DNA from: Candidatus Micrarchaeia archaeon
Lineage (GTDB): Archaea > Micrarchaeota > Micrarchaeia > Micrarchaeales > Micrarchaeaceae
Assembly (NCBI GenBank): GCA_049967795.1
Contig: JBMFSA010000002.1
Location: forward strand, 7,783-71,782
Reading direction: 5' to 3'
DNA: 64,000 nucleotides
Shown piece by piece: positions 20,577-31,950 of the stretch. The translations under genes were made by a program, and so were the position numbers. Each line of letters starts with the position of its first letter. Position 1 is the stretch's first letter. The notes beneath the pieces are model-generated. The model saw only the letters and a program-made list of their open reading frames with translations. It did no database searches and was not told the DNA's origin.

Positions 20577-21407
20577 CTAAGTAAAATGAAGATATCTTAA
20601 AGATTCTCCAAGCCCATTTAATAGAAGGATTAAAAAAAGCACTATACAAAATACGACAAAAATAATACTTAATAAAATAGATATTAACATAAATATTGAT
20701 ACAATATTTGAGAAATAAAAAAATAAAAATGTAAAACAAGGTAGAAAAGCACTTGATATTATAATACATCTAACTGAGTGTTTTTTAGATAATATAATAG
20801 GTAGCATAGGTATCTTTGCTCTTTTATAATCTTTACTATATTTTATTGCCAAGCTCCAAATATGTGAAGGAGTCCATGCAATTATTAATCCTGCCATCAT
20901 TAATGGTATAAGAATATGATTTATTCCAAGAAGAGACGCCCATGCAGCCATAACTGGAGTCGCACCTGCAAGCGAACCTACTATTACATTTAGTGGTGTT
21001 TTTCGTTTTAATAAAATACTATATACAAAATTATTTATAAAAAAGCCAAATAATATCCAAATAATAAAGTAAATATTAATAAATATACCTATAACAATAC
21101 TCAAAATAAAAAAAATAATTGCTATTATAATAACTTTTTTCTTAGTTAATGCCTTGCTAGGTAATGGTCTATTCATTGTTCTAAACATTAATTTATCTAC
21201 ATTTATATCAGATAAGCTTGTAAAATAATTTGATGATATTATTATTAAAGATAAAGATAACAAAGCCAGCAGAAATGGTGTAAACGGTGCTGTATTTGCA
21301 TATAAAAAATAAGCAACTAATCCTGAAGTAAAAGCTGTAAAAAGTAAAAGGCTTGTAAGAGGCAGTTTTGCATTTTCAATATAAAATTTAATTTTGCTTA
21401 AATACAT
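20577..21407 (-). CDS. ctaB: UbiA-family prenyltransferase, heme O synthase-like (CtaB/CyoE)
   Basis: 276 aa. D-x3-DKLMFRTMNRPLP matches the CtaB motif D..IDK.MERT..RP. Multi-TM. Confidence 0.75.
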   Translation of the reverse strand: MYLSKIKFYIENAKLPLTSLLLFTAFTSGLVAYFLYANTAPFTPFLLALLSLSLIIISSNYFTSLSDINVDKLMFRTMNRPLPSKALTKKKVIIIAIIFFILSIVIGIFINIYFIIWILFGFFINNFVYSILLKRKTPLNVIVGSLAGATPVMAAWASLLGINHILIPLMMAGLIIAWTPSHIWSLAIKYSKDYKRAKIPMLPIILSKKHSVRCIIISSAFLPCFTFLFFYFSNIVSIFMLISILLSIIFVVFCIVLFLILLLNGLGESLRYLHFT

Positions 21408-21460
21408 AAATATAAATAAAATATTAAACTTTAAAAAATATATGTTAACATTTAAAATAA

Positions 21461-21556
21461 GCCCGGAGAGGGGATTGAACCCTCGACCTCCTGTTTTCCT
21501 GTTCTTTTAAAAGCTTCTCTTACAAGACAGGCGCTCTGCCACTGAGCTACCCGGGC
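21461..21556 (-). tRNA. tRNA-Thr(UGU) with a 25-nt intron at position 37/38
   Basis: Reverse complement folds as GCCCGGG-TA-GCTC-AGTGGCA-GAGC-G-CCTGT-CTTGTA[25-nt intron]A-ACAGG-AGGTC-GAGGG-TTCAATC-CCCTC-TCCGGGC. Confidence 0.8.
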
Positions 21557-21744
21557 AATTTAATTAATAATAAATAAATATTATATAATTTATATTGTTA
21601 TTGTTATTTTAATTAATTATTATATTTTATTTACTTTTATATATTTTTATCTTTTGCAAATAATATATTTATAAATTTTTTGTTTTAGCTATTTTTCTTA
21701 ATTATTGTTATCATTACCTTTTTTACTTTTATAATTTTCATTAA

Positions 21745-23331
21745 TTATTCTTTTATAAAAATTTCTAGGTAATTAATTATCGGATTTATTATTAAGCCAA
21801 ATATTTTTGAAGTTTTGCTTATTTTGTTTAAGAAATCTAGGTTTGTTCTTGTAACACTTTTTGTTAATACAAGAATTGGTGGATAAATAATAAATGCTAC
21901 AAGCATGTTTGTTAATATTGTAATTTTTGAATAATTAAATATAGTTGAAGTTGCTATTAATATTAAAAATACAATTATAGAGGCAATAATTAATCTTATT
22001 AATTTACTCTGTTTGTGTATAATATTTAATTCGCGTTTTAGTGCATAAACATATATAATGACAAATATTAACGGAGCAACAATAAAAAGAGAATAAAGTG
22101 CACCTATTACTCCATATAATGGTACAAATAAAACAAGCATCACAAATTGTATTATTGTATAAATAATCTGGTATTTCATAAAGCTTTTTACATGATCATG
22201 GCTTAGTAATAGATTGCCACCATAGATGCCAATAACACTCATTAATATGCCTATAATCATTACTGAAGCATAAAAGGGAGCTTCGGTATAAGCTTTTGAA
22301 ATTAGGATAAAAGTAATCGGATTAATTGCTGAAATCAGATATACTGAAATAGGAAGTAGAATCAAAAATGTATAATAAATACTACCATTGTATGTTCTGC
22401 TAATATTTTTATAATTTTTAGTGCTTTTATCAACTACTATTTTTGCATATGCCGATAATAAAATAAAAGATAATGCTTGTACTAAAATTTCTATAAATCT
22501 GGAAAGTTTGTATGCAGCACTATAATTTCCAATAAGTACTGGCGCTACAAAAACACCCAATAATAGAATAGAAAAATTTTGTACTCCTAAGAGTGCAATA
22601 TTCGAAGTAAAAACAGGCATCGAGAATTTTGTCAAGTTTGAAATTTCCTTCTTCATTGGTTTAACTATTTTTATCTTCATCTTGACAAACAGATAAAATA
22701 TATATACAAGTGCACCTGCTATCAAGCTTATTACAAATCCTATTAATGCACCAAAGATACCATATCCTAAAAGTATCAAACAGACTACTGCTATCAATTG
22801 TGTTAATGAATATGTTATATCACCCACAAATGCTTCTTTTATTTTTCCAAAAGAAGTTAATGCTGCTTTTGACAAATTAAAAAGAACAGTAAAGAATTGT
22901 ATAATAGAGGCTATTATAAGAAAAATAGCAAGATTGGGATTATTATATACATATGTTGCTATAGGATTTGATAATATAATTCCAATTATCATAAATAAAA
23001 AAGATAATGAGAGTGCTAAAAAATAGCCATTGCTCAAAATTCTATTTATTTTTTTTACATCATTTTCTATTTGAGGTATAAATTTTCTGAATGCCGTACC
23101 TATTCCAAAATTACCTGCGGTTCCAATAAATGCAGCAAATGCAATTGCAATACTATAAATTCCAAAATCTATTGGTTGTAAATATCTTGTTAATATTATT
23201 AATAATATTAATGTTATAATGCTTGAAGTAATTTCACCTAATGAATATACTAAACCTCTTTTTGCAGTAGTTGCATGCATATCTATTAATTGTTCATTTT
23301 CTTTCTTATTCGCTTTATTTTTACTCTGCAT
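21745..23331 (-). CDS. MOP/Wzx-type oligosaccharide flippase (polysaccharide biosynthesis protein)
   Basis: 528 aa, about 14 TM. N-terminal GLVYSLGEITSSIITLILLIILTRYL is typical of the Wzx/polysaccharide-biosynthesis family. Confidence 0.65.
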   Translation of the reverse strand: MQSKNKANKKENEQLIDMHATTAKRGLVYSLGEITSSIITLILLIILTRYLQPIDFGIYSIAIAFAAFIGTAGNFGIGTAFRKFIPQIENDVKKINRILSNGYFLALSLSFLFMIIGIILSNPIATYVYNNPNLAIFLIIASIIQFFTVLFNLSKAALTSFGKIKEAFVGDITYSLTQLIAVVCLILLGYGIFGALIGFVISLIAGALVYIFYLFVKMKIKIVKPMKKEISNLTKFSMPVFTSNIALLGVQNFSILLLGVFVAPVLIGNYSAAYKLSRFIEILVQALSFILLSAYAKIVVDKSTKNYKNISRTYNGSIYYTFLILLPISVYLISAINPITFILISKAYTEAPFYASVMIIGILMSVIGIYGGNLLLSHDHVKSFMKYQIIYTIIQFVMLVLFVPLYGVIGALYSLFIVAPLIFVIIYVYALKRELNIIHKQSKLIRLIIASIIVFLILIATSTIFNYSKITILTNMLVAFIIYPPILVLTKSVTRTNLDFLNKISKTSKIFGLIINPIINYLEIFIKE

Positions 23332-23362
23332 CTTTTCACATTTTTATTTATTATTAGAGATT

Positions 23363-24484
23363 TTATGCCCTTACTATATAATCATCTATTTTACTTCTTA
23401 ATTCCTCTTTTTTCTTTTTATGTTCATCTAAGAATTTGTTGATTCTTTCTGCCAAATCTTTTTTGTGTTCCCCTGCCAAGATTTTTCCTGTTCTCTCAGC
23501 TTCAAAAATAGCTTCAAGCTTTTTGTCATCCGGTTCAAATAAATATTTATAATATTGACACACCATACATTTCTCTGGATCTCCTCCATATTTCTTCTGT
23601 AGCTCTGCTGTTGCCTGTTGGCCGGTTATTGCTTTATTAATTTTCTTTATTACTTCTTCATGTGTATCTGTTAAATATATTGCATCATTTGGATTGCTTG
23701 ATGACATCTTTGTTGAGCCGCTTAAGCCCGGTAAGAATTTTCCATGTATGATTGCGGGCTTATAATACCCAAGCTTTCCTATCACATCTCTTGCAACTCT
23801 AAAGTGTACATCTTGATCGATAGCTAATGGAATTAAACAAGGTATATTTCTGCCTTCTTCAACAGATTTAAGAAATGCAGGTACTGCCTGCATACTTGTA
23901 TAAAAGATCCAACCTATATTTGTTTGATTATCCATACCGAAAGCATCTTTTATAGTTGAAAAAGTGATAGATTTTGCAACTCTACATGCTTGTTTATATA
24001 AAACAGAAGCATACTCTGTATCTAAGAATATTTTTGTTTTTTTTGGATCAAAACCTAATGAAATAATATCTAAAATATTATCATATGCTATCTTCCTAAT
24101 TTCCTCTATATCTTTTATATTCTTTTTAGCAAGAAATTTTTCTTCATCTGGTATTTGTATATAAAGCTCTACATCGAATTTTTCTTGGAGCCATTTAGTT
24201 AATAAAAAAGGTATCAAGTGGCCTAAAGTCATACCTCCAGAAGGCGCGCGGCCTGTATAAAGATAAAATTTATTACCCTTATCATACTCATCAAGTAACC
24301 AATTAAGGTCACGATGTGCAAAAAATATACCCCTTCTAAGCATGTAATGAAGTTCGCCACCAGTATATGTTTTAATTCTTTCTAATAACTCTTCATTAAT
24401 TTCTTTTATGCCAAATTTCTTTTCTAAAATAGTATAATCTATTTTTCCCTCTACTTCCCATGGCGTAACTCTAAACTCTTCCAT
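23363..24484 (-). CDS. trpS: Tryptophanyl-tRNA synthetase (archaeal/eukaryotic type)
   Basis: 373 aa. FRVTPWEVEGKIDY...FG N-terminus, GHLIPFLLTKWLQEKF (HIGH region), KMSSS; collinear with Pyrococcus TrpRS. Confidence 0.92.
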   Translation of the reverse strand: MEEFRVTPWEVEGKIDYTILEKKFGIKEINEELLERIKTYTGGELHYMLRRGIFFAHRDLNWLLDEYDKGNKFYLYTGRAPSGGMTLGHLIPFLLTKWLQEKFDVELYIQIPDEEKFLAKKNIKDIEEIRKIAYDNILDIISLGFDPKKTKIFLDTEYASVLYKQACRVAKSITFSTIKDAFGMDNQTNIGWIFYTSMQAVPAFLKSVEEGRNIPCLIPLAIDQDVHFRVARDVIGKLGYYKPAIIHGKFLPGLSGSTKMSSSNPNDAIYLTDTHEEVIKKINKAITGQQATAELQKKYGGDPEKCMVCQYYKYLFEPDDKKLEAIFEAERTGKILAGEHKKDLAERINKFLDEHKKKKEELRSKIDDYIVRA

Positions 24485-24708
24485 TTAAATACCTAAATAA
24501 TTAATTTATATTAATTTATATATCAAATCTAAATAATAGTAACATTTATTAATCTTATCTAATAAATACCCTTATAAATATTTTGTTTAAATATATATAA
24601 TATAGAAATTAATTTTAAATTAATTTATAATATATTAATAAAATATTAAATAAAAATTTTAAGAGAAATAATTATGTAAATAATATACTTTTTTTAAGGT
24701 GTTTAAAA

Positions 24709-24861
24709 ATGGGAAAATTTCCAATAGCAGACGCAGAAATTGCAAAAGTATGGATTTGTAAAAGATGTAAAGCTAGAAATAAGGCCGGCGCAAAACATTG
24801 CAGGAAATGTGGTTATCCATATTTAAGGCCAAAAAATAAAGAAACTAAGTCTAAGAAATAA
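24709..24861 (+). CDS. rpl40e: Ribosomal protein eL40 (L40e)
   Basis: 50 codons, below the ORF-track cutoff. [51 protein letters not shown]-x2-C...C-x2-C ribbon and LRPK tail as in archaeal L40e. SD GGTG. Confidence 0.85.
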   Translation: MGKFPIADAEIAKVWICKRCKARNKAGAKHCRKCGYPYLRPKNKETKSKK

Positions 24862-24928
24862 TAGTAAATAATAAATAATATGCAAAACTTTAATTTAATA
24901 ACATTTATAAAAATAATTTGGTGAAAAT

Positions 24929-25150
24929 ATGGTTGAATTAAATCCAACAGAACAATTGGTTATAAATGCAATGAAGGAGCTTGGAGCAACAAAAGACACA
25001 ACTATAAAAACAGCAGACGATATTATGAAGAAGTGCAACAGACCTAAGGGAATGATTAACAATGCGCTAACTTCACTTGTTCAGAAAGGAGTAATAAAAA
25101 GAGTTGCAAGAGAAAAAGCTTCTGGATATTATATTATCCAAAATGTATAA
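24929..25150 (+). CDS. Small winged-helix DNA-binding protein
   Basis: 73 aa. ...ADDIMKKCNRPKGMINNALTSLVQKGVIKRV... reads as HTH plus wing. SD GGTGA. Confidence 0.5.
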   Translation: MVELNPTEQLVINAMKELGATKDTTIKTADDIMKKCNRPKGMINNALTSLVQKGVIKRVAREKASGYYIIQNV

Positions 25151-25272
25151 AATATATAAAATAATATATTGAGGTATAAAGAGTATATTTATAATTTTTA
25201 TATAAAATTTAGAAATTTCATTTAACATATATAAGATAAATATACTCTTATACTTAAAAAGGTTGATTTTTT

Positions 25273-25758
25273 ATGGAAGAGATTAATGAACCAGAGGAGT
25301 ATGTTCAGTTTTTTGCAAAATATAAAGATTGGGTATCAATAAAAAAATATGGTATCTATAATGATACAAAACCAGAAGAAATTGCATTTGATCTTACCTT
25401 AATTAGGCGCACATTAGATAATAAAATCTATAAGCTGTTAGGTATAAATCTAGATATTTTAGATAAATTTGCTGATTCTGCAACTGCAGGAGGAAAAAAG
25501 AGTGCTTCATTACTTACAACTACTATAGAAAAATTTTTAAGCAACGAAGCAAAGAGTGCAATTGAAAATGCATGCGGCAATGATAAAAAATTGAAGCCGA
25601 TAGCAGAAGCATATTTACTCAATAAACTAATAACAAATGCAGGATATGAAACGGCTATTGATCCAATAACTTTGTCAAAAATATATCCGTATTTGAAACT
25701 TCCGAAAGAAATAACAATGGCTTTAAAGAGGGGCAAGAAGAAAAAAGAAAATGAATAA
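25273..25758 (+). CDS. Hypothetical protein
   Basis: 161-aa ORF with non-low-complexity composition, SD GGTTGA and a Lys-rich tail. No family recognised by eye. Confidence 0.5.
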   Translation: MEEINEPEEYVQFFAKYKDWVSIKKYGIYNDTKPEEIAFDLTLIRRTLDNKIYKLLGINLDILDKFADSATAGGKKSASLLTTTIEKFLSNEAKSAIENACGNDKKLKPIAEAYLLNKLITNAGYETAIDPITLSKIYPYLKLPKEITMALKRGKKKKENE

Positions 25759-25951
25759 TTGAACATTTATTAATCTTTTTTGTTTCTTTTTCTTTTATGT
25801 GTTTTATTAATTCTATATTGATTCTTTTTTATTAAAAATAAAAATTAGAATATTCTCTATAAATAATAAATAAATTTTAAGATCAGATATGCATAAACAA
25901 GAAAAAGAAGAATTAAAAATAAAAAATAAAATAAAAAATAAAAAAGGAGTT

Positions 25952-26257
25952 TTAGCTTATTCCTATTTCTATCTGCACTGTATCAGGTACAGGGATTCTC
26001 ATGACTTGCCTTAATGCTTGCTCATTTCCATCTATTATTATAAAGCGTTTATGAAATCTCATTTGCCATTTTTCAAATGTATGGCTTCCATCTGCTGCTG
26101 GTGTTTTTCTTGTTGTTTGTGTTATCTTTCTTGTAGGTAAAGGTATTGGTCCTTTGCATTTAACGTTCAAAGATGCTGCAATTGACTTTATCTGTTTTGC
26201 TATTTCGTCAACATCTTTTGGGTTTGTGCTTATTAATTTAATTCTGGCTAATGTCAT
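25952..26257 (-). CDS. rps10: Ribosomal protein uS10
   Basis: ARIKL.S......D.....I.......G...KGP.PLPT...........P...G..T...W.MR.HKR.I pattern. Start moved to the ATG at 26255-26257 (SD AGAGGGAT), which removes the overlap with tuf. Confidence 0.9.
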   Translation of the reverse strand: MTLARIKLISTNPKDVDEIAKQIKSIAASLNVKCKGPIPLPTRKITQTTRKTPAADGSHTFEKWQMRFHKRFIIIDGNEQALRQVMRIPVPDTVQIEIGIS

Positions 26258-26279
26258 TAAATCCCTCTTATTTATTATA

Positions 26280-27551
<1,272 letters not shown>

Positions 27552-27762
27552 AGTATTCACTTTTTTGTTTTTAAATATAAAGTATAAAGATAATTATAAA
27601 TAATAGTATTACTCTGTTGATATTTATCTATTTTGTAAGAGTAATATTATTAAAGCTTTTGTTTTATTTTCAATAACTGTAAAGCAAATATTAATAATTA
27701 TTTTTTATCTCTGAAAAATTAATATAAAAATAATAAATAATTAAAATATATAAAATACTAAT

Positions 27763-27802
27763 AATAAATTATATACAATAAATAAATTATATACAATAAA
27801 TA
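27763..27802. repeat. Perfect 18-bp tandem repeat, 2.2 copies (AATAAATTATATACAATA)
   Basis: Position-by-position identity at period 18 from 27763 to 27802, in the nth/tuf spacer. Confidence 0.8.
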
Positions 27803-27847
27803 TAAATATTTTATTATTTTTTTAAAATAAAAAAATTAATATTAATT

Positions 27848-28627
27848 CTATCTTTTTATATCAATATTATTTATATTATTCTCATTTTTCCTATTTCTTT
27901 TATATGAACAATAATTATTTAAAGGGCAATCTGTGCATATTGGATCTTTCTTCTTACAATACATCTTTCCAAGCGCAACAAATTGTGCATGCATATCTTT
28001 ATAAAGTTCAACATTCTTTTCTAAATTATCTTCAAAATATTTCCTTAAAACATCATAGTCAATATCTTCATTTATATTATAAAGCCTATTCATTATGCGT
28101 TTTGTATATGCATCAATCACGAAAATAGGCTTCTCAGCGGCATATAATATAATAGAATCTGCAGTTTCTCTTCCTATACCATTAAAACTCAAAAGTATGT
28201 TTCTTAATGCTTCAACATCATTTTTAAATAATTCTTTTAAACTACTATATTTACTAATTATTGCTGTACTAATTGACTTTAGTCTTTTAGCTTTTTGTTT
28301 ATAGTAGCCGCTCGGTTTTATAAGTTGTTCTAACTTATCTAATTTAATTTTTGAGATTGATTCAATAGTAAGAAGCTTCTCTTCTTTCAATGCGCTTATA
28401 GATTTTTCAACATTCTTCCATGAAGTCTGCTGTGTTAAGATTGCACCTACAAATATTTCAAACTTAGTTTCTCCTGGCCACCAATGCTGAAAGCCAAATC
28501 TTTTTAATAAAATATTATAAAGTGCATCTAGCTTAAGGTTACCTTTGCTATTTTTATCTAAGATCAAAGCTTTAGTTCTCCTTTCTCTAACTTCTTTATA
28601 ACTATCTTCGGATCTTCGTTTTCGCAT
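27848..28627 (-). CDS. nth: Endonuclease III-like HhH-GPD DNA glycosylase with 4Fe-4S cluster loop
   Basis: HhH-GPD core (WWPG...ILTQQTSW, GIGRETADSI) and C-x6-C-x2-C-x5-C (CKKKDPICTDCPLNNYC). The real start may be the TTG at 28567 (SD AGGAG 8 nt upstream) rather than the ATG at 28627, which overlaps rpl11 by 64 nt. Confidence 0.8.
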   Translation of the reverse strand: MRKRRSEDSYKEVRERRTKALILDKNSKGNLKLDALYNILLKRFGFQHWWPGETKFEIFVGAILTQQTSWKNVEKSISALKEEKLLTIESISKIKLDKLEQLIKPSGYYKQKAKRLKSISTAIISKYSSLKELFKNDVEALRNILLSFNGIGRETADSIILYAAEKPIFVIDAYTKRIMNRLYNINEDIDYDVLRKYFEDNLEKNVELYKDMHAQFVALGKMYCKKKDPICTDCPLNNYCSYKRNRKNENNINNIDIKR

Positions 28628-29031
28628 TTTACTCCCATGCTCTTACATGTGCCTAGCACCTGTTTAACTCTAGCAAGCTCATTCTTGCCATAGAGCATAG
28701 CTTCTTTTGATTTAGCAATTTTTTTGATCTGCTCTAAGCTTAAGTTTCCAATTGTTTCATCTTTTGTTTTTGCACCTGTTTGAACTCCAAGCTCTTTTAA
28801 AATAAGTGCACTTGTTGGTGGCATTCCTATCTCTACTTTAAACGTTTTTGTATCAGGATTAACAATAACTTTTACAGGTATTTTTATACCTTCAAACTGT
28901 TTTGTTTTATTATTTATTTCACTGATTACATTATTGACATTAACACCTAAAGGGCCTAATGCAGGACCTAATGGTGGGCCTCCTGATGCTTTTCCTCCTT
29001 CTACTAAACCTTGTATTATTACTTCTGCCAT
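28564..29031 (-). CDS. rpl11: Ribosomal protein uL11
   Basis: 155 aa. GGKASGGPPLGPALGPLGVN signature. TGA stop. Confidence 0.95.
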   Translation of the reverse strand: MAEVIIQGLVEGGKASGGPPLGPALGPLGVNVNNVISEINNKTKQFEGIKIPVKVIVNPDTKTFKVEIGMPPTSALILKELGVQTGAKTKDETIGNLSLEQIKKIAKSKEAMLYGKNELARVKQVLGTCKSMGVKCENEDPKIVIKKLEKGELKL

Positions 29032-29105
29032 TTTTACACCTTTAATATCACTATATTATTTTAATATCATCATTATATTTTATTATTTTAACATATTTTG
29101 ATATA

Positions 29106-29552
29106 TTAAGATTTTTCTGCTTTTGATATTATCTTGGTTGTACTTGCTTTAGCAGTAACTGGTATGGGTACAACAACATCCATTAATTCAACAGTTATAT
29201 CATTTTTAGTTTCATCTACTTTTAATACTTTTGCTTTGTATCCTCTAAATGGCCCTGATGTAAATTCCACAATGTCTCCAACCCCTACTTCTTGATTATA
29301 GCTCTTTGATACAATCATTTTATTTAATTCATCAGTGCTCAGCGGTGTATTTAGTACTCCTTTAATATTATTTGTTTTTGCTATAAATTGCCTGCAAGCG
29401 ACTTCATCTTCTGCTTCAACTATTATATAACCTTTTAAGCCATCTATAACTAATATTGAATAAATAGGAAGGTCTGTTTTTGCTGCTTTATTCTGAAGCA
29501 TATTTGCAACTATGCTCTCTTGGCCAATCGTTACTTTAACTACAAAAAACAC
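29106..29552 (-). CDS. spt5: Transcription elongation factor Spt5/NusG
   Basis: 148 aa. NGN domain (F.VKVT.GQE) plus KOW motif GDIVEFTSGPFRGYKAKVLKVD. Upstream of rpl11 as usual. Confidence 0.9.
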   Translation of the reverse strand: MFFVVKVTIGQESIVANMLQNKAAKTDLPIYSILVIDGLKGYIIVEAEDEVACRQFIAKTNNIKGVLNTPLSTDELNKMIVSKSYNQEVGVGDIVEFTSGPFRGYKAKVLKVDETKNDITVELMDVVVPIPVTAKASTTKIISKAEKS

Positions 29553-29999
29553 ATAATCACTCTCAAATACTTTTATCTATTTAATTTTTAATATTCTATT
29601 TAATATATTTAAATATTTTATTATAGTTATCTTTCTACATTCGTTATAATACTATTTAATACTTTAGAGATATTAAAGCAATAAAGTATAATAAATTATC
29701 TAAAAGTATATAAAATACTTATAATATTGGATATGCGTATATTTTTATAATTTTTGATTTATTTTAAATCTTATTTCTGATATTATTTATACATTTTAAT
29801 AATATAAAGTATTTATTGCCTTTGGAATATTTATAAACTGACAAATATTAATTTTAATTAAGTAATATTTCTAAGTATTTTAATAAAATAATATAATAAA
29901 TATAAATAATTAGTGTTTAATCAAATACTAAAAATAAAATAAAAATAAATAATAAAAATATTTTATTTAAATTATTAATAAAAATTATATTGTGTTATA

Positions 30000-31067
30000 A
30001 TGAATAATAAAAGAGCAAAATATATAAAAGTTAACAAAAAGAATGCAGAAAAAGTAAAAAAAGCATTGATTAAAAACAAATTTTTCAATTGGGAAATAGA
30101 TATTATTAGAGAAGAGAATTATATTTATTTTCCAATTTTAAATATTCAAACAAAAACTATTAATAAAATATTAAATACTCCTTTTAAAATTGTAACAAAG
30201 AAAAATTCTATAAGGCAGATAAGGAATCCCTCCTTACGCAATATATTTAAAGAGGATAAAGATATAATTAAAAGTTATGATCTGCTTGGAAATATAGCAA
30301 TAATCAATATAAGAAAAAATACAGATACACCAAAAAAAATTTTAAATAAAAAAGCAAAAGAAGTTGCTAAGATATTGATGAAAATACATCCAAATGTTGA
30401 GACTATTGTTTCAAAAGCAGGTGCTGTTTCTGGTGTTTATAGGACAAGAGATTTTAAATATGTTGCAGGTAAAAGAAACTTTATTGCAGAATACAAAGAA
30501 AATAACTGCATTTTTAGATTTGATGTGCGCAAAAGCTTCTTCTCAAGTAGGCTCTCATATGAGCGTACGAGGATTATGAAGCAAGTCAAGGATAACTGCA
30601 ATGTTGCTGTTATGTTTGCCGGCGTAGGCCCGTTTTCTATAGAAATTGCAAAAGCGCATCCCACTTCAAAAATCATCAGTATTGAACTTAATAAAGAGGC
30701 GTATTCTGCAATGTGCGAAAATGTAAAATTAAATAAAGTAAAGAATGTAGAGCCAGTATTAGGAGATGTTAAGAAAGTCGCAAAAAAATATGAAAATTTT
30801 GCAGATTATATTGTAATGCCTTTGCCGAAAGACAGCATGAATTTTCTAGATGAAGCATTTATTGTGGCTAAGGACAAAGCAATAGTAAGTATATATGTTT
30901 TCGGAAAGAGAGACAGTGTTTTAGAGGATACATTCAAGATATTAAAAGAGCATTCAAAGAAGCACAAATATAAGATAAAGATATTGTTTAATAGAATAGT
31001 AAGGCAGTATTCTAGAGAGGAGGATGAAATTGTTGTTGACTACGAAATTATTAAAAGTAAAATCTAA
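30000..31067 (+). CDS. trm5: tRNA (guanine37-N1)-methyltransferase Trm5 (Met-10+ family)
   Basis: 355 aa. YDLLGNIAII, FRFD..K.FFS.RL..ER, MFAGVGPFSI motifs of Trm5/Taw22. Confidence 0.85.
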   Translation: MNNKRAKYIKVNKKNAEKVKKALIKNKFFNWEIDIIREENYIYFPILNIQTKTINKILNTPFKIVTKKNSIRQIRNPSLRNIFKEDKDIIKSYDLLGNIAIINIRKNTDTPKKILNKKAKEVAKILMKIHPNVETIVSKAGAVSGVYRTRDFKYVAGKRNFIAEYKENNCIFRFDVRKSFFSSRLSYERTRIMKQVKDNCNVAVMFAGVGPFSIEIAKAHPTSKIISIELNKEAYSAMCENVKLNKVKNVEPVLGDVKKVAKKYENFADYIVMPLPKDSMNFLDEAFIVAKDKAIVSIYVFGKRDSVLEDTFKILKEHSKKHKYKIKILFNRIVRQYSREEDEIVVDYEIIKSKI

Positions 31068-31185
31068 ATTAGAATAAATAATTAAATATAAATTAAAATA
31101 TTTAGAAATTATATTATAGGATGAAGATAATCATTAAACATAAATATCTTTTGTGGTATATATATTTGGGCAACCAGTGACAGAA

Positions 31186-31887
31186 ATGGGCGAAGTAAGT
31201 AATACAATTGTTGAATCTAAACAGATTAATTTTGAAGAATTTGTTAAGAATGTAACATGGAGAGAGCTGCTTATCGAACTTGTTGAAACCAATAAAATAG
31301 ACCCTTGGGATATAGATATATCAAAAGTGGTTGATAATTATATAAATAGTGTTAAGAAGATGCAGACATTGGATCTGCATATACCTGCAAATATTATACT
31401 TGCAGCATCTATACTCCTTTATATGAAATCTACATCACTTAAATTATTTAATGAGCCAGAGCAAACAGAAGAGGAGCCGGAAAGCCAGCGTATTATACCA
31501 ACTGTGCCTCAACTAATCAATAAAATAAGAATACAACCAACAAGACGCATCACTTTGTTTGAACTGATAGCAGCATTGGATGAAGCGATGAAAATCAAGA
31601 ATAACAAAGAAAATATATCAAAAGAGAATTCAATGCCTTTAATCTTAGAGTTAAATAAGGAGGATATAGATGATAAAATGAATAAAGTTTTAGAGCTGAT
31701 AAATAAGAATTATGATAGAGAGAAGATGATAACTTTTAGCGAACTTTCAAATCATTTTATCAAAGCATCAGCTAATAAAAATATGCTTGTAGATCTGTTT
31801 GTGCCTTTATTGTTCCTTGCACATCAAGAAAAAATAAAGATAGTGCAAGAAACATTTTTTGGCGAAATAATAATTAGTGCAGGCTAA
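31186..31887 (+). CDS. scpA: Segregation and condensation protein A (kleisin ScpA)
   Basis: WRELLIELVETNKIDPWDIDISKVVDNYI is the ScpA N-terminal signature. Start set at the ATG at 31186 (SD GTGA 5 nt upstream) rather than the GTG at 31153. Confidence 0.8.
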   Translation: MGEVSNTIVESKQINFEEFVKNVTWRELLIELVETNKIDPWDIDISKVVDNYINSVKKMQTLDLHIPANIILAASILLYMKSTSLKLFNEPEQTEEEPESQRIIPTVPQLINKIRIQPTRRITLFELIAALDEAMKIKNNKENISKENSMPLILELNKEDIDDKMNKVLELINKNYDREKMITFSELSNHFIKASANKNMLVDLFVPLLFLAHQEKIKIVQETFFGEIIISAG

Positions 31888-31950
31888 TTATATAATATAA
31901 ATTAATAAAATTAATATAAATAAAAATTAGCAAAGAAGTTTTGTGATATT

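Noticed and set aside
20536-20769. 77-aa minus-strand ORF overlapping the 3' end of the heme O synthase gene
   Set aside because: It is an alternative frame of the same strand within a supported gene, with Ile/Phe/Tyr-rich AT-driven composition and no SD.
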